NCBI RefSeq assembly: GCF_006345805.1
Contig: NW_021824219.1
Coordinates: forward strand, 1 to 20,453
DNA: 20,453 nucleotides
Origin: Octopus sinensis
Lineage: Eukaryota
Direction of reading: 5' to 3'
Shown one piece after another: positions 1 through 11,846 of this stretch; position 1 is the stretch's first letter; each line of letters begins with the position of its first letter. A model generated the notes under the pieces. That model made no database searches and had not been told where the DNA came from. It was given only the letters and a program-made list of their open reading frames with translations. The translations under genes were made by a program, and so were the position numbers.

Positions 1-533
1 CAGTGGCTCTCGTGGCTTCTAATTATAACTGATTGGAGTATTATCATGTACATTGATTTGTCTTGGTATAAAGATGGGCTACAGCAAATATTCTGATCAA
101 TACCACAGCTTTTGCCTGTCAGTTGTTTGATTTTAACCATTTGAGCATGCACTTTAGTGGCTGACGATATGTGCATCTCTGATTATGAGCAGAAGTAGGG
201 GTGCACTATAGTCATGTGTTGAGAGGAATTCTTTGGGGTTTGGATAATTTACCTCTGGAAACAGGGAAGTTTCGTTTTACATCTTTAAACAACCTTTATC
301 CAGGGACCTTTTGAGCGGGATGGGCTATTCGACCTGAAGAAAATCATAAACTGGGCCCCACCTGCAATATCATGCGCCGTTATGTTGATATGAGATCACC
401 ATGTCGCGCATATATGGTTGTGTTGTATGTGCCTGGTGTACCCTTATCAGAGAGGGTTGTCATGATAGGTATACTGGGCTTCGTATATTTTACGCCAGTG
501 TCCCTTTGATGGCTTGCACTGTTCTCTCACTCA
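1..533 (+). mobile_element. ~550-bp non-coding interspersed repeat ending in (TAA)n, copy 1 (runs off window start)
   Basis: Reverse complement aligns by eye end to end with 10031-10582 and 8786-9244; ends ...ctctcactca followed by ataataataa. Confidence 0.85.
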
Positions 534-549
534 ATAATAATAATTCTTA

Positions 550-765
550 TTATTTGAAAATTTTGCCGCAAGGACACTTTGGTGGAGGTGGGGATGAGTA
601 AATTTACATCGACCCCAGTGGTCACCTGATACTTAATTTATCGACCCCGAAAGGATGAAATGCAAAGTCGACCTCGGCGGAATTTGAATTCAAAACGTAG
701 TGAAGGGCGAAATACTGCTAAGCATTTAGTCCAGCGTTCTAACGATTCTGCCACCTCACTGCCTT
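550..765 (-). mobile_element. tRNA-derived SINE, type A (Meta-domain-like body)
   Basis: Minus strand has the head ggcagtgaggtggcagaatcgttag, a B-box-like gaattcaaattcc and the body tttcatcctttcggggtcgataaattaag; homologous to 10709-10920; abuts (AAT)n. Confidence 0.85.
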
Positions 766-1069
766 AATAATAATAATAATAATAATAATAAAATAATAAT
801 AATAATAATAATGATAATAATAATAATAATATTTTTTTTAACTTAAAAAAAAATGAACGAACTATTGAGTTTAGTTTAATGCCTACCAATGTATACTATG
901 AGTTTCTTTGCCCTGGAGTCGGGAAGACACTCAGCAAGAAATGGAAGCAAATTTGAAAGAGGAAAAAAAAAGTAATAATAATAAATAATAATAATAATAA
1001 TATAATAATATAATAATAATAATAACAATAACAATAATAATAATAATAATAATAAATAATAATAAACTA

Positions 1070-1102
<33 letters not shown>

Positions 1103-1140
1103 TAATAATAATAATAATAAATAATAATATAACAACATAA
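766..1140. repeat. (AAT)n microsatellite tracts (766-830, 973-1140) with a ~130-bp insert
   Basis: Seen directly. Confidence 0.95.
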
Positions 1141-1280
1141 ATTTTGTGACAAGGCCAGCAATTTCGGGGAAGTGGTTATGTCTTCCCGTTCTTTACGTTA
1201 TGAGTTCAAGTACTAGCGAAGTCTAACTTCACATCTAATCATTTCTAGATCGATAAAATGATGTATCAGTCAAGTATAGG
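1141..1280. mobile_element. Degenerate type A SINE remnants (inverted tail piece plus + strand body)
   Basis: ttacgttatgagttcaa...tcgataaaatg resembles the type A body; 1141-1175 reverse-complements to a tail-like cttccccgaaattgctggccttgtcac. Confidence 0.55.
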
Positions 1281-1674
1281 TACCTTACTTTTATTCAATG
1301 CATAATAAACCAAACCGAATGCTATTTTCGCATTTTCTTCTCTTGCACAGACTTTCTTCACACCGTCTCTCTCTCTAAAAGATAAAAGATGTAATATAAT
1401 TACTTTTTCAAATTCTCCACCATGTTGCGTGTATATTAGAAATGATTGAATTTTGCTGGGATGACAATAAAAGTTCAGGTTTTATGTATTTAAGGTAATT
1501 TCTGGTGTCTCCAGATTTTATCAGCCAATGTTTGGTATTGCTTGAGGACAGAATGCAAAAATGGACAATCAGATCTGGAATTGGTCTATGTATCTATGTC
1601 TCTTTCTGTCTCCGTCTCTCTCTTACTCTTTCTCTCTTTATCTTTCTGTCTTCTGTCTCTGCCTCTCTATCTCT

Positions 1675-1705
<31 letters not shown>

Positions 1706-1941
1706 AGGCAATCGTGTTCTGTCTACATGTACATATGTATGTATGCATGTATGTATGCATGTATGTAGGCACACACACACACACACTTGTACACGTATAT
1801 TTATATATAAATAAATAAATATATATATATATAGGTATATTTACATATATAAATACGTACGTGTCTAAAACTATATTTTAAAGCCACACATAAGCAGTTG
1901 TATAGTTAGATAGATTGATTGCTAGATAAATAAAAGGATTT

Positions 1942-2003
<62 letters not shown>

Positions 2004-2040
2004 GGATAGATAGATAGATAGACAGAAGTATATTTATTTG

Positions 2041-2074
<34 letters not shown>

Positions 2075-2080
2075 TAATCT
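1942..2080. repeat. (TAGA)n and (TA)n microsatellites
   Basis: Seen directly. Confidence 0.95.
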
Positions 2081-2544
2081 ATGTGTGTATGTATGCATGT
2101 ACGTCTGTATGTTTATATATTAAACAGTAACGCATATACATATAACCTTTACAGTTCGGACGAATAACTTATGCGTAATCATTGCAATAAGTAAAAACAT
2201 TAAAATATATGAATATTTTAGATGAATATGAAAATTAATGCTTACATTTGTGGCGAAGTTTTTGCTCGAAAATGTTAATGAAATTTCAGACGTTAACTCT
2301 AAATATTTACCGTTGTGACTGCTGCCTTACCATGTTTCTGTATTGTGAAAAGAATTGGTCAGCGGAACAAAATACTTATAGACTTTCGTTGTCAGACAGA
2401 AATGTGAAACAATCGAATGTATTTTGTCGATGTATATTTCGGAATTATGGGTTTTGTGTGCCTTTGCAAAAGTCAAATCTATTGCAGGATCCCTTTTAGC
2501 ATTAAAATATACAAGCCTTGTGACTATTTTTTGTAAAACATAAA

Positions 2545-2948
2545 TGTGTGGTAAGTAGCTTGCTAACCAACCACATGGTTCCGGGTTCAGTCCCACTGCG
2601 TGGCATCTTGGGCAAGTGTCTTCTGCTATAGCCCCGGGCCGACCAATGTCTTGTGAGTGGATTTGGTAGACGGAAACTGAAAGAAGCCTGTCGTATATAT
2701 GTATATATATATATATATATATGCGTGTGTGTGTTTGCGTGTCTGTGTTTGTCCCCCTAGCATTGCTTGACAACCGATACTGGTGTGTTTATGTCCCCGT
2801 TACTTAGTGGTTCGGCAAAAGAGACCGATAAAATAAGTACTGGGCTTACAAAGAATAAGTCCCGGGGTCGATTTGATCGACTAAAGGCGGTGCTCCAGCA
2901 TGGCCGCAGTCAAATGACTGAAACAAGTAAAAGAGTAAAGGGAGAGTA
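2545..2948 (+). mobile_element. tRNA-derived SINE, type B (CORE/V-like domain) with internal (TA)n(TG)n
   Basis: A-box remnant tgtgtggtaag, B-box ggttcagtccc, CORE/V-like cttgggcaagtgtctt, 3' end gactgaaacaagtaaaagag; homologous to 11132-11503. Confidence 0.9.
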
Positions 2949-3075
2949 ATAAAGCATAATTATTAAACATATCGAGACCAACGATAGTTCCCTGAACCAG
3001 AACGAAATTTAAGGCGGCTGATATTTACATATAAGATAATTAGCCGTGTGCATATAAGGCGCTAACGTTTCAGAT

Positions 3076-3628
3076 CTTTTGGTGAAACTGTTACTGCTCT
3101 GAATCTAAATTCTCAATTTTTCGCTCAGTGTTTACACCATATCTTTGATTTGAAGCTCCTGTTCATTTAGGGTTGTGCACTATCAGCAACTGATTGAGTA
3201 GTTTTGATTCCGCGAAGAATTGTCTCACGCAAGAACCATATAAATTTTGATAAAGCGGTAGAAAATTTTTATTAGAAATGAATATTTGTGTCTGTAACAA
3301 CGGATTTTGAATGCTAGTTCTGTTTTACAATATATGTTTTAGGCTCATCTCTTTTGATGAAACTGTTACTGCTCTGAATCTAAATTCTCTATTTTTCGCT
3401 CAGTGGTTACACCACATCTTTGATTTGAAGCTCCTGTTCCTGTATGGTTGTGCACTATCAGCAACTGATTGAGTAATTTTGATTCCGTGAAGAATTGTCT
3501 CACGCAAGAACCATATAAATTTTGATAAAGCGGTAGCGAATTTTTTATTAGAAATGAATATTTGTGTCTGTAACAACGCATTTTGAACGCTAGTTCTGTT
3601 TTCTCAATACATGTTTTAGGCTCATCTC
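3076..3628. repeat. Two-copy tandem duplication, unit ~275-277 bp
   Basis: gaaactgttactgctctgaatc at 3084 and 3359; aggctcatctc at 3341 and 3618; high identity throughout by eye. Confidence 0.95.
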
Positions 3629-3784
3629 TGCTGTTCGATTCAACTTTGGTGTTATATGCTACCGGCTTTGCCAGATAGTTACTGTCGAGTGGAAGGGTTG
3701 ATACGAATTCTGAAGCTGCATGGTTTTCATCTGTCTTTCATTCAGCATCGCAACATTTAACCACTCATATTACTTTCTCAAATC

Positions 3785-3942
3785 ATGCCGACTTCTAAGG
3801 GCCTGTTTCCCGGTTTCATTTTTGCCAAGTGAAATGAAGTGTTTTGCTGAAGAATACAACGCGTCACCCAGTCCAGGAACCGAAACAACAATCTTACAAT
3901 CGGGAGTCCAATACCTTAACAATTAAGTTACGTACTTCCACA
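3785..3942 (-). mobile_element. Degenerate tRNA-derived SINE, type C (V-domain-like)
   Basis: Minus strand has a tRNA-like head gtggaag...ttgttaaggtattggactc, then gacgcgttgtattcttcagcaaaacacttcatttcac resembling the V-domain motif gtccttgagcaagacactt. Confidence 0.55.
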
Positions 3943-3949
3943 CTTCTTC

Positions 3950-4590
<641 letters not shown>

Positions 4591-4848
4591 GGCGCTTTTT
4601 TTTTCTTAGTATCTGGTGAGGAATCAGTTTTGGCAGAAGGCAACGAGATGGCTGCTACTGCTGCTGCTGCTACTGCTGCTGCTGTTGCTGTTGATGATGA
4701 TGATGATGGCGATGATGCTTGCAGTTGAGGGAAATTCTTCCACCAAACACGTCAGATAACAAAAGTTCTTTCGTAAAGAATTAAAGAATTTGCAGAACAT
4801 TTAAGTGCGTTGCTAATAATTGGCGTTGCGCTTATGTCGAGACGCGTG

Positions 4849-4942
4849 CATGTATGTATGTATGTATGTATGTATGTATGTATGTATGTATGTATGTATG
4901 TATGTACGTATGTGTATATCAGCATACGCAGGACGCAGGTCA

Positions 4943-4974
<32 letters not shown>

Positions 4975-5002
4975 AATATATATACATACATACATACATA
5001 CA

Positions 5003-5045
<43 letters not shown>

Positions 5046-5166
5046 ATATATATATATTATATATATATAGCGAATGCTATATCAATATGATTATTTAAAT
5101 GTTTCAGTTTCCGTGTTTCTGTGAGAGTGTGTGTGCGTGCGTGCGTTTTGTGTGCATGTGTGTGTC

Positions 5167-5229
<63 letters not shown>

Positions 5230-5280
5230 GAGCGAGAGTGAGAGAGAGAGAGAGAGAATTAGAAATAGAAAGAGAGAGAA
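4849..5280. repeat. (TATG)n, (TA)n, (CA)n, (TG)n and (GA)n microsatellites
   Basis: Seen directly. Confidence 0.95.
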
Positions 5281-5429
5281 ATTGTCTGTGTGTCAGTGTC
5301 TGTATGTGTTTGCGCGCGCGTGTTATCCGTGACAATTTTTTCCGTGAATCCCTATGCACTGCGGTGCAAATGTGACAGTGTGTGAGTGCCTATGTGCATG
5401 TGTCTGTGTGTGTAAGTTTGCGTGTCGTT

Positions 5430-5608
5430 GTTTGTCACCCTCTACTGCTTGAGAAACGATTCTGGTGTGTTTACGTCCCCGTAACTTAGCGGTTCGGCAA
5501 AAGAGACTGACGGCATATGTACCATAAGATACATTCGACTAAAAATTCTCCAAGGCGGTGCCTCAGCATGCCCACAATCTAACGACTAAAACAAATAAAA
5601 GATAAAAG
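5430..5608 (+). mobile_element. 3' half of type B SINE
   Basis: tggtgtgtttacgtccccgtaacttagcggttcggcaaaagagac...aaggcggtg matches 2780-2940. Confidence 0.8.
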
Positions 5609-5611
5609 ATA

Positions 5612-5632
5612 CACAACACACACACACATACA

Positions 5633-5669
<37 letters not shown>

Positions 5670-5724
5670 ATATATATAATATATATATATATGTATATGT
5701 ATATATATATACACTGAAAGAAAG

Positions 5725-5799
<75 letters not shown>

Positions 5800-5966
5800 C
5801 AGACAAACAGACAGACAGAGACAGACAGACAGACAGATAAATAGATATATACGTCTGCATGTATGCATGTATATCGGGTGTATATGTACATGAGTATACA
5901 TTCATACGCACATATTCATAGTCATATGTAGACACACACACATATGTGTGTATGTGTGTGTGTGTC
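5612..5966. repeat. (CT)n, (TA)n, (GATA)n and (GACA)n microsatellites
   Basis: Seen directly. Confidence 0.95.
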
Positions 5967-5970
5967 TGTT

Positions 5971-6816
5971 AGTAGAAAGCTCAGAGATGATAGTAAAATT
6001 GATCACCAAAGCAGTCTCTCATGGACCAACAACCAGATTACTGCCTCCCACTTTGAAGTGAATGCGTTTTGCGATCGAAGAACAGGAAATGTCAACCAAG
6101 TACCTGATGCACAAAAGGGACAGAGATGCAGGAAAAGCAGTAAGATGTGACAACCGATGCAGACTTTGTGTAGTTAACACTGAAGGTTTCACCCACATCG
6201 TAGGTAGTTGTCCAAAAATGTCATCACAGTATTACTTCCCGAAGAGACATGGTTTTGTATCTAGGACGCTGTATAAAGAGATCCATCGAAAGGATAACCC
6301 CGAGGACAAAGAAATAAGACTTCACAGTATGGTTGAAGCCATAGCCGCTCATAATAAAAAAGGAGTATTGGTAGAAAATCCCAATGAAAACAGCAATAAA
6401 ATGAAAACACAATAGACCAGATGTAATGATTTAGGATAAAGAAGAGAAACTGTGCACAGTTGTGAAAATTAGCTGCACGGCGGATGTTAACATAAAGCTG
6501 AAGATCAGTGAAAAAGAGAACACCTATGCTGAACTATTGAGAAATCTGCCGTTACTCTATTCAGATCACAAGTTCAGGTTTATACCTGTAATTATTGGGG
6601 CACTGGGATATGTGACACACTGCCTAAATACCAATCTTGAAAAACGAGGCTTCTCAAAACCAGAAACAAGAAAGCTGATTCGAAGACTACAGATCCAAAC
6701 CATTACAGGAAATGTAAAAATCTGTAAAATTTTCGAGAAACGAGAAAGCTGATTCGAAGACTACAGATACAAGCCATCACTGGAAATGTAAAAATCTTGA
6801 AATTTAAACTGAATAA
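5971..6816 (+). mobile_element. 5'-truncated, pseudogenised R4/Dong-like non-LTR retrotransposon (CCHC knuckle plus RLE endonuclease)
   Basis: Across frameshifts: AIEEQEMSTKYL, CRLC..E..THIVGSCP, KRH, KHNRPDVMI*D, EKENTYAEL, FIPVIIGALG. This is the C-terminal signature of RLE-clade elements. It has an in-frame stop and is followed by (CATA)n. Confidence 0.88.
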
Positions 6817-6819
6817 TGA

Positions 6820-7449
6820 CATACATACATACATACATACATACGCACATACATACATACATACATACATACATACATACATACATACATACATACATAC
6901 GCACATACATACGTACATATGTACGTATATAGACACACACTCACAACTATACATACAAATGCAAACAAATACAGATACACACACATACTCACATCGAATT
7001 CAAAGGAACGTCGCCAAGTCACACATAGACTGAAATCTGAGTATTATCACACGTAACCCGTAAGAGTGTGTCCAACAAAATACGTTATGTTTCGGCTGTG
7101 TGTGTCGCTAATTTTTGGTGCACGAAACAGAACAAATATTGTTGGACTAACTGTAGTGGCTGAAAGATACAAATACACACAAATGCTCACAGACAAACAC
7201 ATATGTATATCAGCGCATGTAAATACATATGTGTGTGTGTGTGTTTGTGTGTGTTTGTATCAGTATGTGTGTATTTGAAGGAAACTCGTGATGTACTTCG
7301 TATGTAGGTTAGAAAATCGGCATCGTTACATGTTTCCTATTCTCCAACAGCGCTGCATGAAAGTGTATTCTTCTATGATGTTTACGTGCATGTATGTATG
7401 AATTTATATAAGTGTGTGTTGTGTCTATGTCTGCATATGTATATATATA

Positions 7450-7507
<58 letters not shown>

Positions 7508-7902
7508 TATAACACATATATATACAATTTATATGAGTGTGTGTGTGTCTGTGTCTGCATATATATATATATATATATATTATATACATATATATATATA
7601 TATATACATATATATATAATAACACACATGTATACATACATACATACATACAAACATACATACATACAAATATACATATACATACATACATACATACATA
7701 CATACATACATACATACATACATACATGGATGTGTGCGAGCATTAGCAGTGATTATATGTGGAAATTTACATGTGTGTGCGTGTGAGTGTATATATATAT
7801 ATGTATATATATGAGTGTATATATACATTTTAATGTATATACACACATATATAGATACGCACGTATACGCACACACACACACACGCACACACACACACAC
7901 AG

Positions 7903-7935
<33 letters not shown>

Positions 7936-8363
7936 CATCTCGGTACGAAACTATCAATGCTCATATTAAGTTGCACTATTGAAACTATTGTGTGTGTGTG
8001 TGTGTATGTGTATGTATGCACGAGGGTGTGTTTGTAAGAGTGTTTATAGTGTGTCAGTGTCTTTGTATGCAGGCGAATATATCTGTTAGGTGTCTGTGTA
8101 AACGAGAGTCTGTTGGTAATGCCAAAGGTCGTGACTCCATACCACAGTTGGCTGTTGAACCTGCATTTGTTTATATACCACCGTCGCACATAGAGACAAG
8201 GGTGTACATATACACATAAAGACACACACATACATACAAACATATATGTATATATATACGTGTCTAAGTCTGTATGCATCTCTCTATCTGTTATCTGCTT
8301 GCTTGCCTAAAGTATGCACATATATATATATATATATATAATAAATATAATATATATATATAT

Positions 8364-8437
<74 letters not shown>

Positions 8438-8440
8438 TGT
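6820..8440. repeat. Microsatellite-dominated block: (CATA)n, (TA)n, (CA)n, (TG)n with short unique spacers
   Basis: Seen directly. Confidence 0.9.
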
Positions 8441-8649
8441 GTGTGTGTTTGTACATACGAGAATCTACATAAAATACATGAATTTATATATATGTGTGTG
8501 CGACTGTGCTTCTGTGTTTTTTTTTTCCGTGTTTATTAGGATTTATTAAAATCTTTTGAAATCTTTAGGCAAAGACTGTTTGCTATGGCTGAAAGTAACT
8601 TCCGGTTTTTCTAAGACCCGATTTTTTTCATTATCAACATGATTTTAAT

Positions 8650-8682
<33 letters not shown>

Positions 8683-8686
8683 ATTA

Positions 8687-8752
<66 letters not shown>

Positions 8753-8785
8753 GATTATTATTATTATGATTATTATTATTATTAT
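8650..8785. repeat. (TTG)n/(TTA)n microsatellite
   Basis: Seen directly. Confidence 0.95.
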
Positions 8786-9244
8786 TCAGTGAGAGAGCAG
8801 TGCATGCCATCAAAGTGACACTGGGGTAAAATATACGAAGCCCAGTATACCCATCATGACTACCCGTCTGATAAGGGTACACCAGGCACATGCATCACAA
8901 CCATATATGCACGACATGGTGGTCTCATATCAAGATAAACAGCACATGACCTTGCAGGTGGGGCCCAGTTAGAATTTTCTTCTGGTCGAGTAGCCCATCC
9001 CGCTCAAAAGGTCCCTGAATAAGGGTTGTTTAAAGACGTTGAACGAAACACCCATGTTTCCAGAGGGGAATTATTCAAACTCCAAAGAATCCCTCTCAAC
9101 ACATGGCTATGATGCTCCTCCACTACTTCTGCTCGTGATCAGAGATGCACATATCGTCAGCCACTAAGGGACATGCTCAACTGGTTAAGGTCAAACAACT
9201 GACAAGCAAATCTGTGGTATTGAGCAGAATATTTGCTGTAGCCC
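8786..9244 (-). mobile_element. ~550-bp TAA-anchored element, copy 2 (5'-truncated by ~90 bp)
   Basis: Near-identical to 10031-10493, stops at gctgtagccc; (TTA)n on both sides. Confidence 0.88.
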
Positions 9245-9275
<31 letters not shown>

Positions 9276-9303
9276 GTTATTGTTGTTGTTGTTGTTGTTG
9301 TTA

Positions 9304-9385
9304 TTCAGTAGTCTTATTTTTATCACATGCTTTCACTGCACTACCAAGTGCAGCTCTGTGTGCCTTGGGTATGTTCTGTAGTTTG
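9304..9385 (-). mobile_element. 3' UTR-only copy of the R4/Dong-like family at 17747-18496
   Basis: ttcagtagt...tgctttcact...gcagctctgtgtgccttgggtatg matches 17747-17818; embedded in (TTA)n/(TTG)n. Confidence 0.85.
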
Positions 9386-9387
9386 TA

Positions 9388-9653
<266 letters not shown>

Positions 9654-9654
<1 letters not shown>

Positions 9655-9921
9655 GCTTTTGCACAGCTTCTAACGCTGAAGATATACTACAGTGTCAGCT
9701 GTTCACTACCAGTGAACGAAGGTAACACCCCTTATTTTTCGAGCACCTTCCAGAGTATTCGAGCAGTTCCAAGCAGTGCTGTTTTCTGCAAATGCTCCAT
9801 CCTTATTGCAGCCCCTATTTGTTCCATGTACTTCTCAAGATATTTACTCACTGTTCCCAGGGCTTCGACAATTATTAGTACTACTACCACCTTTTTCATC
9901 GACCACAACTGCTTAACCTTC
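9654..9921 (-). mobile_element. 3' end of another R4/Dong-like family
   Basis: Minus-strand translation VKQLWSMKKVVVVLIIVEALGTVSKYLEKYMEQIGAAIRMEHLQKTALLGTARILWKVLEK*, then a short 3' UTR and a (TAA)n tail. Confidence 0.85.
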
Positions 9922-9938
9922 CTGTTATTATCATTGTT

Positions 9939-9982
<44 letters not shown>

Positions 9983-9993
9983 TATTATTATTA

Positions 9994-10030
<37 letters not shown>

Positions 10031-10031
<1 letters not shown>

Positions 10032-10582
10032 GAGTGAGAGAGCAGTTCATGCCATCAAAGTGACACTGGGGTAAAATATACGAAGCCCAATATACCCATC
10101 ATGACTACCCGTCTGATAAAGGTACACCAGGCACATGCATCACAACCATATGTGCGCGACATGGTGATCTCATATCAAGATAAACAGCACATGACCTTGC
10201 AGGTGGGGCCCAGTTAGAATTTTCTCTTCAGCTTGAGTAGCCCATCCTGCTCAAACGGTCCCTGAATAAGGGTTGCTTTAGGATGTTGAACGAAACACCT
10301 ATTTTCCAGAGGTGAACCATTCAAACTCCAAAGAATCCCTCTCAACACATGGCCATGATGCTCCCCCACTACTTCTGCTGCTCGTGATCAGAGATGCACA
10401 TATCGTCAGCCACTAAGGGACATGCTCAACTGGTTAAGGTCAAACAACTGACAAGCAAATCTGTGGTATTGAGCAGAATATTTGCTGTAGCCCATCTTTT
10501 ATACCAAGACAAAACGACGTACATGATAACACTTCCAGTCAGTTAAGATCAGAAGCCATGAGAGCCACTGCCTGGTACTGCA
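10031..10582 (-). mobile_element. ~550-bp TAA-anchored element, copy 3 (longest)
   Basis: Homologous to copies 1 and 2; (TTA)n on both sides. Confidence 0.9.
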
Positions 10583-10588
10583 TTATTA

Positions 10589-10625
<37 letters not shown>

Positions 10626-10708
10626 TTATTATTATATTATTATATTATTATTAGTATAGTAGTAGTAGTAGTAGTAGTAGTAGTATAGTAGTAGTAGTAG
10701 TAGTAGTA

Positions 10709-10920
10709 AGACGGCAAGCTGGCAGAATCGTTAGCACGCCCTGCGAAATCCTTAACAACATTTCGTCTGTCTTTATTTTCCGAGTTCAAATTCCGCTGAG
10801 GTCGATTTTACTTTTCATCCTTTTGCGGTCGATAGATTAAGTACCAGTCGAGTACTGGGGTCGATCTAATCGACTATCCCCTCCTTCAAATTCCAGGCCT
10901 TGTGACCATAATAAAAAGGA
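10709..10920 (+). mobile_element. Type A SINE, full length, between (TAG)n and (TTA)n
   Basis: A-box-like tggcagaatcgttag, B-box gagttcaaattcc, body ttttcatccttttgcggtcgat, tail ggccttgtgaccataataaaaagga followed by (TTA)n. Confidence 0.9.
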
Positions 10921-11131
10921 TTATTATTATTATTGTAGTAATTGTTGTTGTTGCTGTTGTTGTGGGTACTGTTTGAATTAGTAGTAGTGTTAATATTGGA
11001 ATTTGTGTCCACATTTACTAGATCTTTCTGTTTGTATTTTTCTTTGAATCTTTTTACCAAAGAAGAATCTCTAAGACGTTTCGAAATAAGGAGATATCGC
11101 TATATATGTGAATAAATAAATTAATGTTAAT

Positions 11132-11503
11132 AGGCGTAGGAGTGGCTGTGTGGTAAGTAGCGTGGTACCTTGGGCAAGTGTCTTCTACTATAGCCTCGAG
11201 CTATGAGTGGATTTGGTAGACGGAAACTGAAAGAAGCCCGTCGTATATATGTATATATATATATATACATATGTGTGTGTATATGTTTGTGTGTCTGTAT
11301 TTGTCCCCCCAACATCACTTGACAACCGATGCTGGTGTGTATACGTCACCGTAAGTTAGCGGTTCGGCAAAAGAGACCGATAGAATAAGTACTAGGCTTA
11401 CAAAGAATAAGTCCTGGGGTCGATTTGCTCGACTAAAGGCGGTGCTCCAGCATGGCCACAGTCAAATGACTGAAACAAGTAAAAGAGTAAAAGAGTAAAA
11501 GAG
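11132..11503 (+). mobile_element. Type B SINE with a ~40-bp deletion removing the B box
   Basis: Head ggcgtaggagtggctgtgtggtaagtagc joins directly to gtggtaccttgggcaag; the rest matches 2600-2948; tail (gtaaaaga)n. Confidence 0.9.
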
Positions 11504-11559
11504 AGAGATATGGGTGAGTAAGGGTGAGATGTGATGGAGTGAAGATGCGGCGGTGGGAG

Positions 11560-11634
11560 ATAATGAATTGTGTATAATGAATTGTGTATAATGAATTGTG
11601 TATAATGAATTGTGTATAATGAATTGTGTATAAT
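11560..11634. repeat. Minisatellite: 5 perfect copies of the 14-mer ataatgaattgtgt plus a partial copy
   Basis: Seen directly. Confidence 0.95.
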
Positions 11635-11811
11635 AATATAAAATAAAAGAATTACAAGCAATAAACAAATATAATAGATTTAAATGTAAAAAAAACATAC
11701 GTATGTATGTAAAGATGTACATGTATACATGCATGCTTATATCTGTGCATGTCGGCACGCACACGCACACACACATACACACACAAACATGTAGGTATGT
11801 ACATGTATATG

Positions 11812-11846
<35 letters not shown>

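Noticed and set aside
1333-1500. Plus-strand acceptor (ttttcttctcttgcacag) and donor (aag|gtaatt)
   Set aside because: All three frames hit stops and there is no partner exon; a non-coding or terminal exon cannot be excluded.
2545-2600. tRNA genes
   Set aside because: The A/B boxes belong to SINE heads; there is no complete cloverleaf.
4596-4730. Acceptor-like ttttcttag followed by a poly-Ala/Asp reading
   Set aside because: Mostly (GCT)n/(GAT)n repeats with early stops and no donor.
11560-11634. CRISPR-like array
   Set aside because: Contiguous repeats without spacers, in a eukaryotic context.
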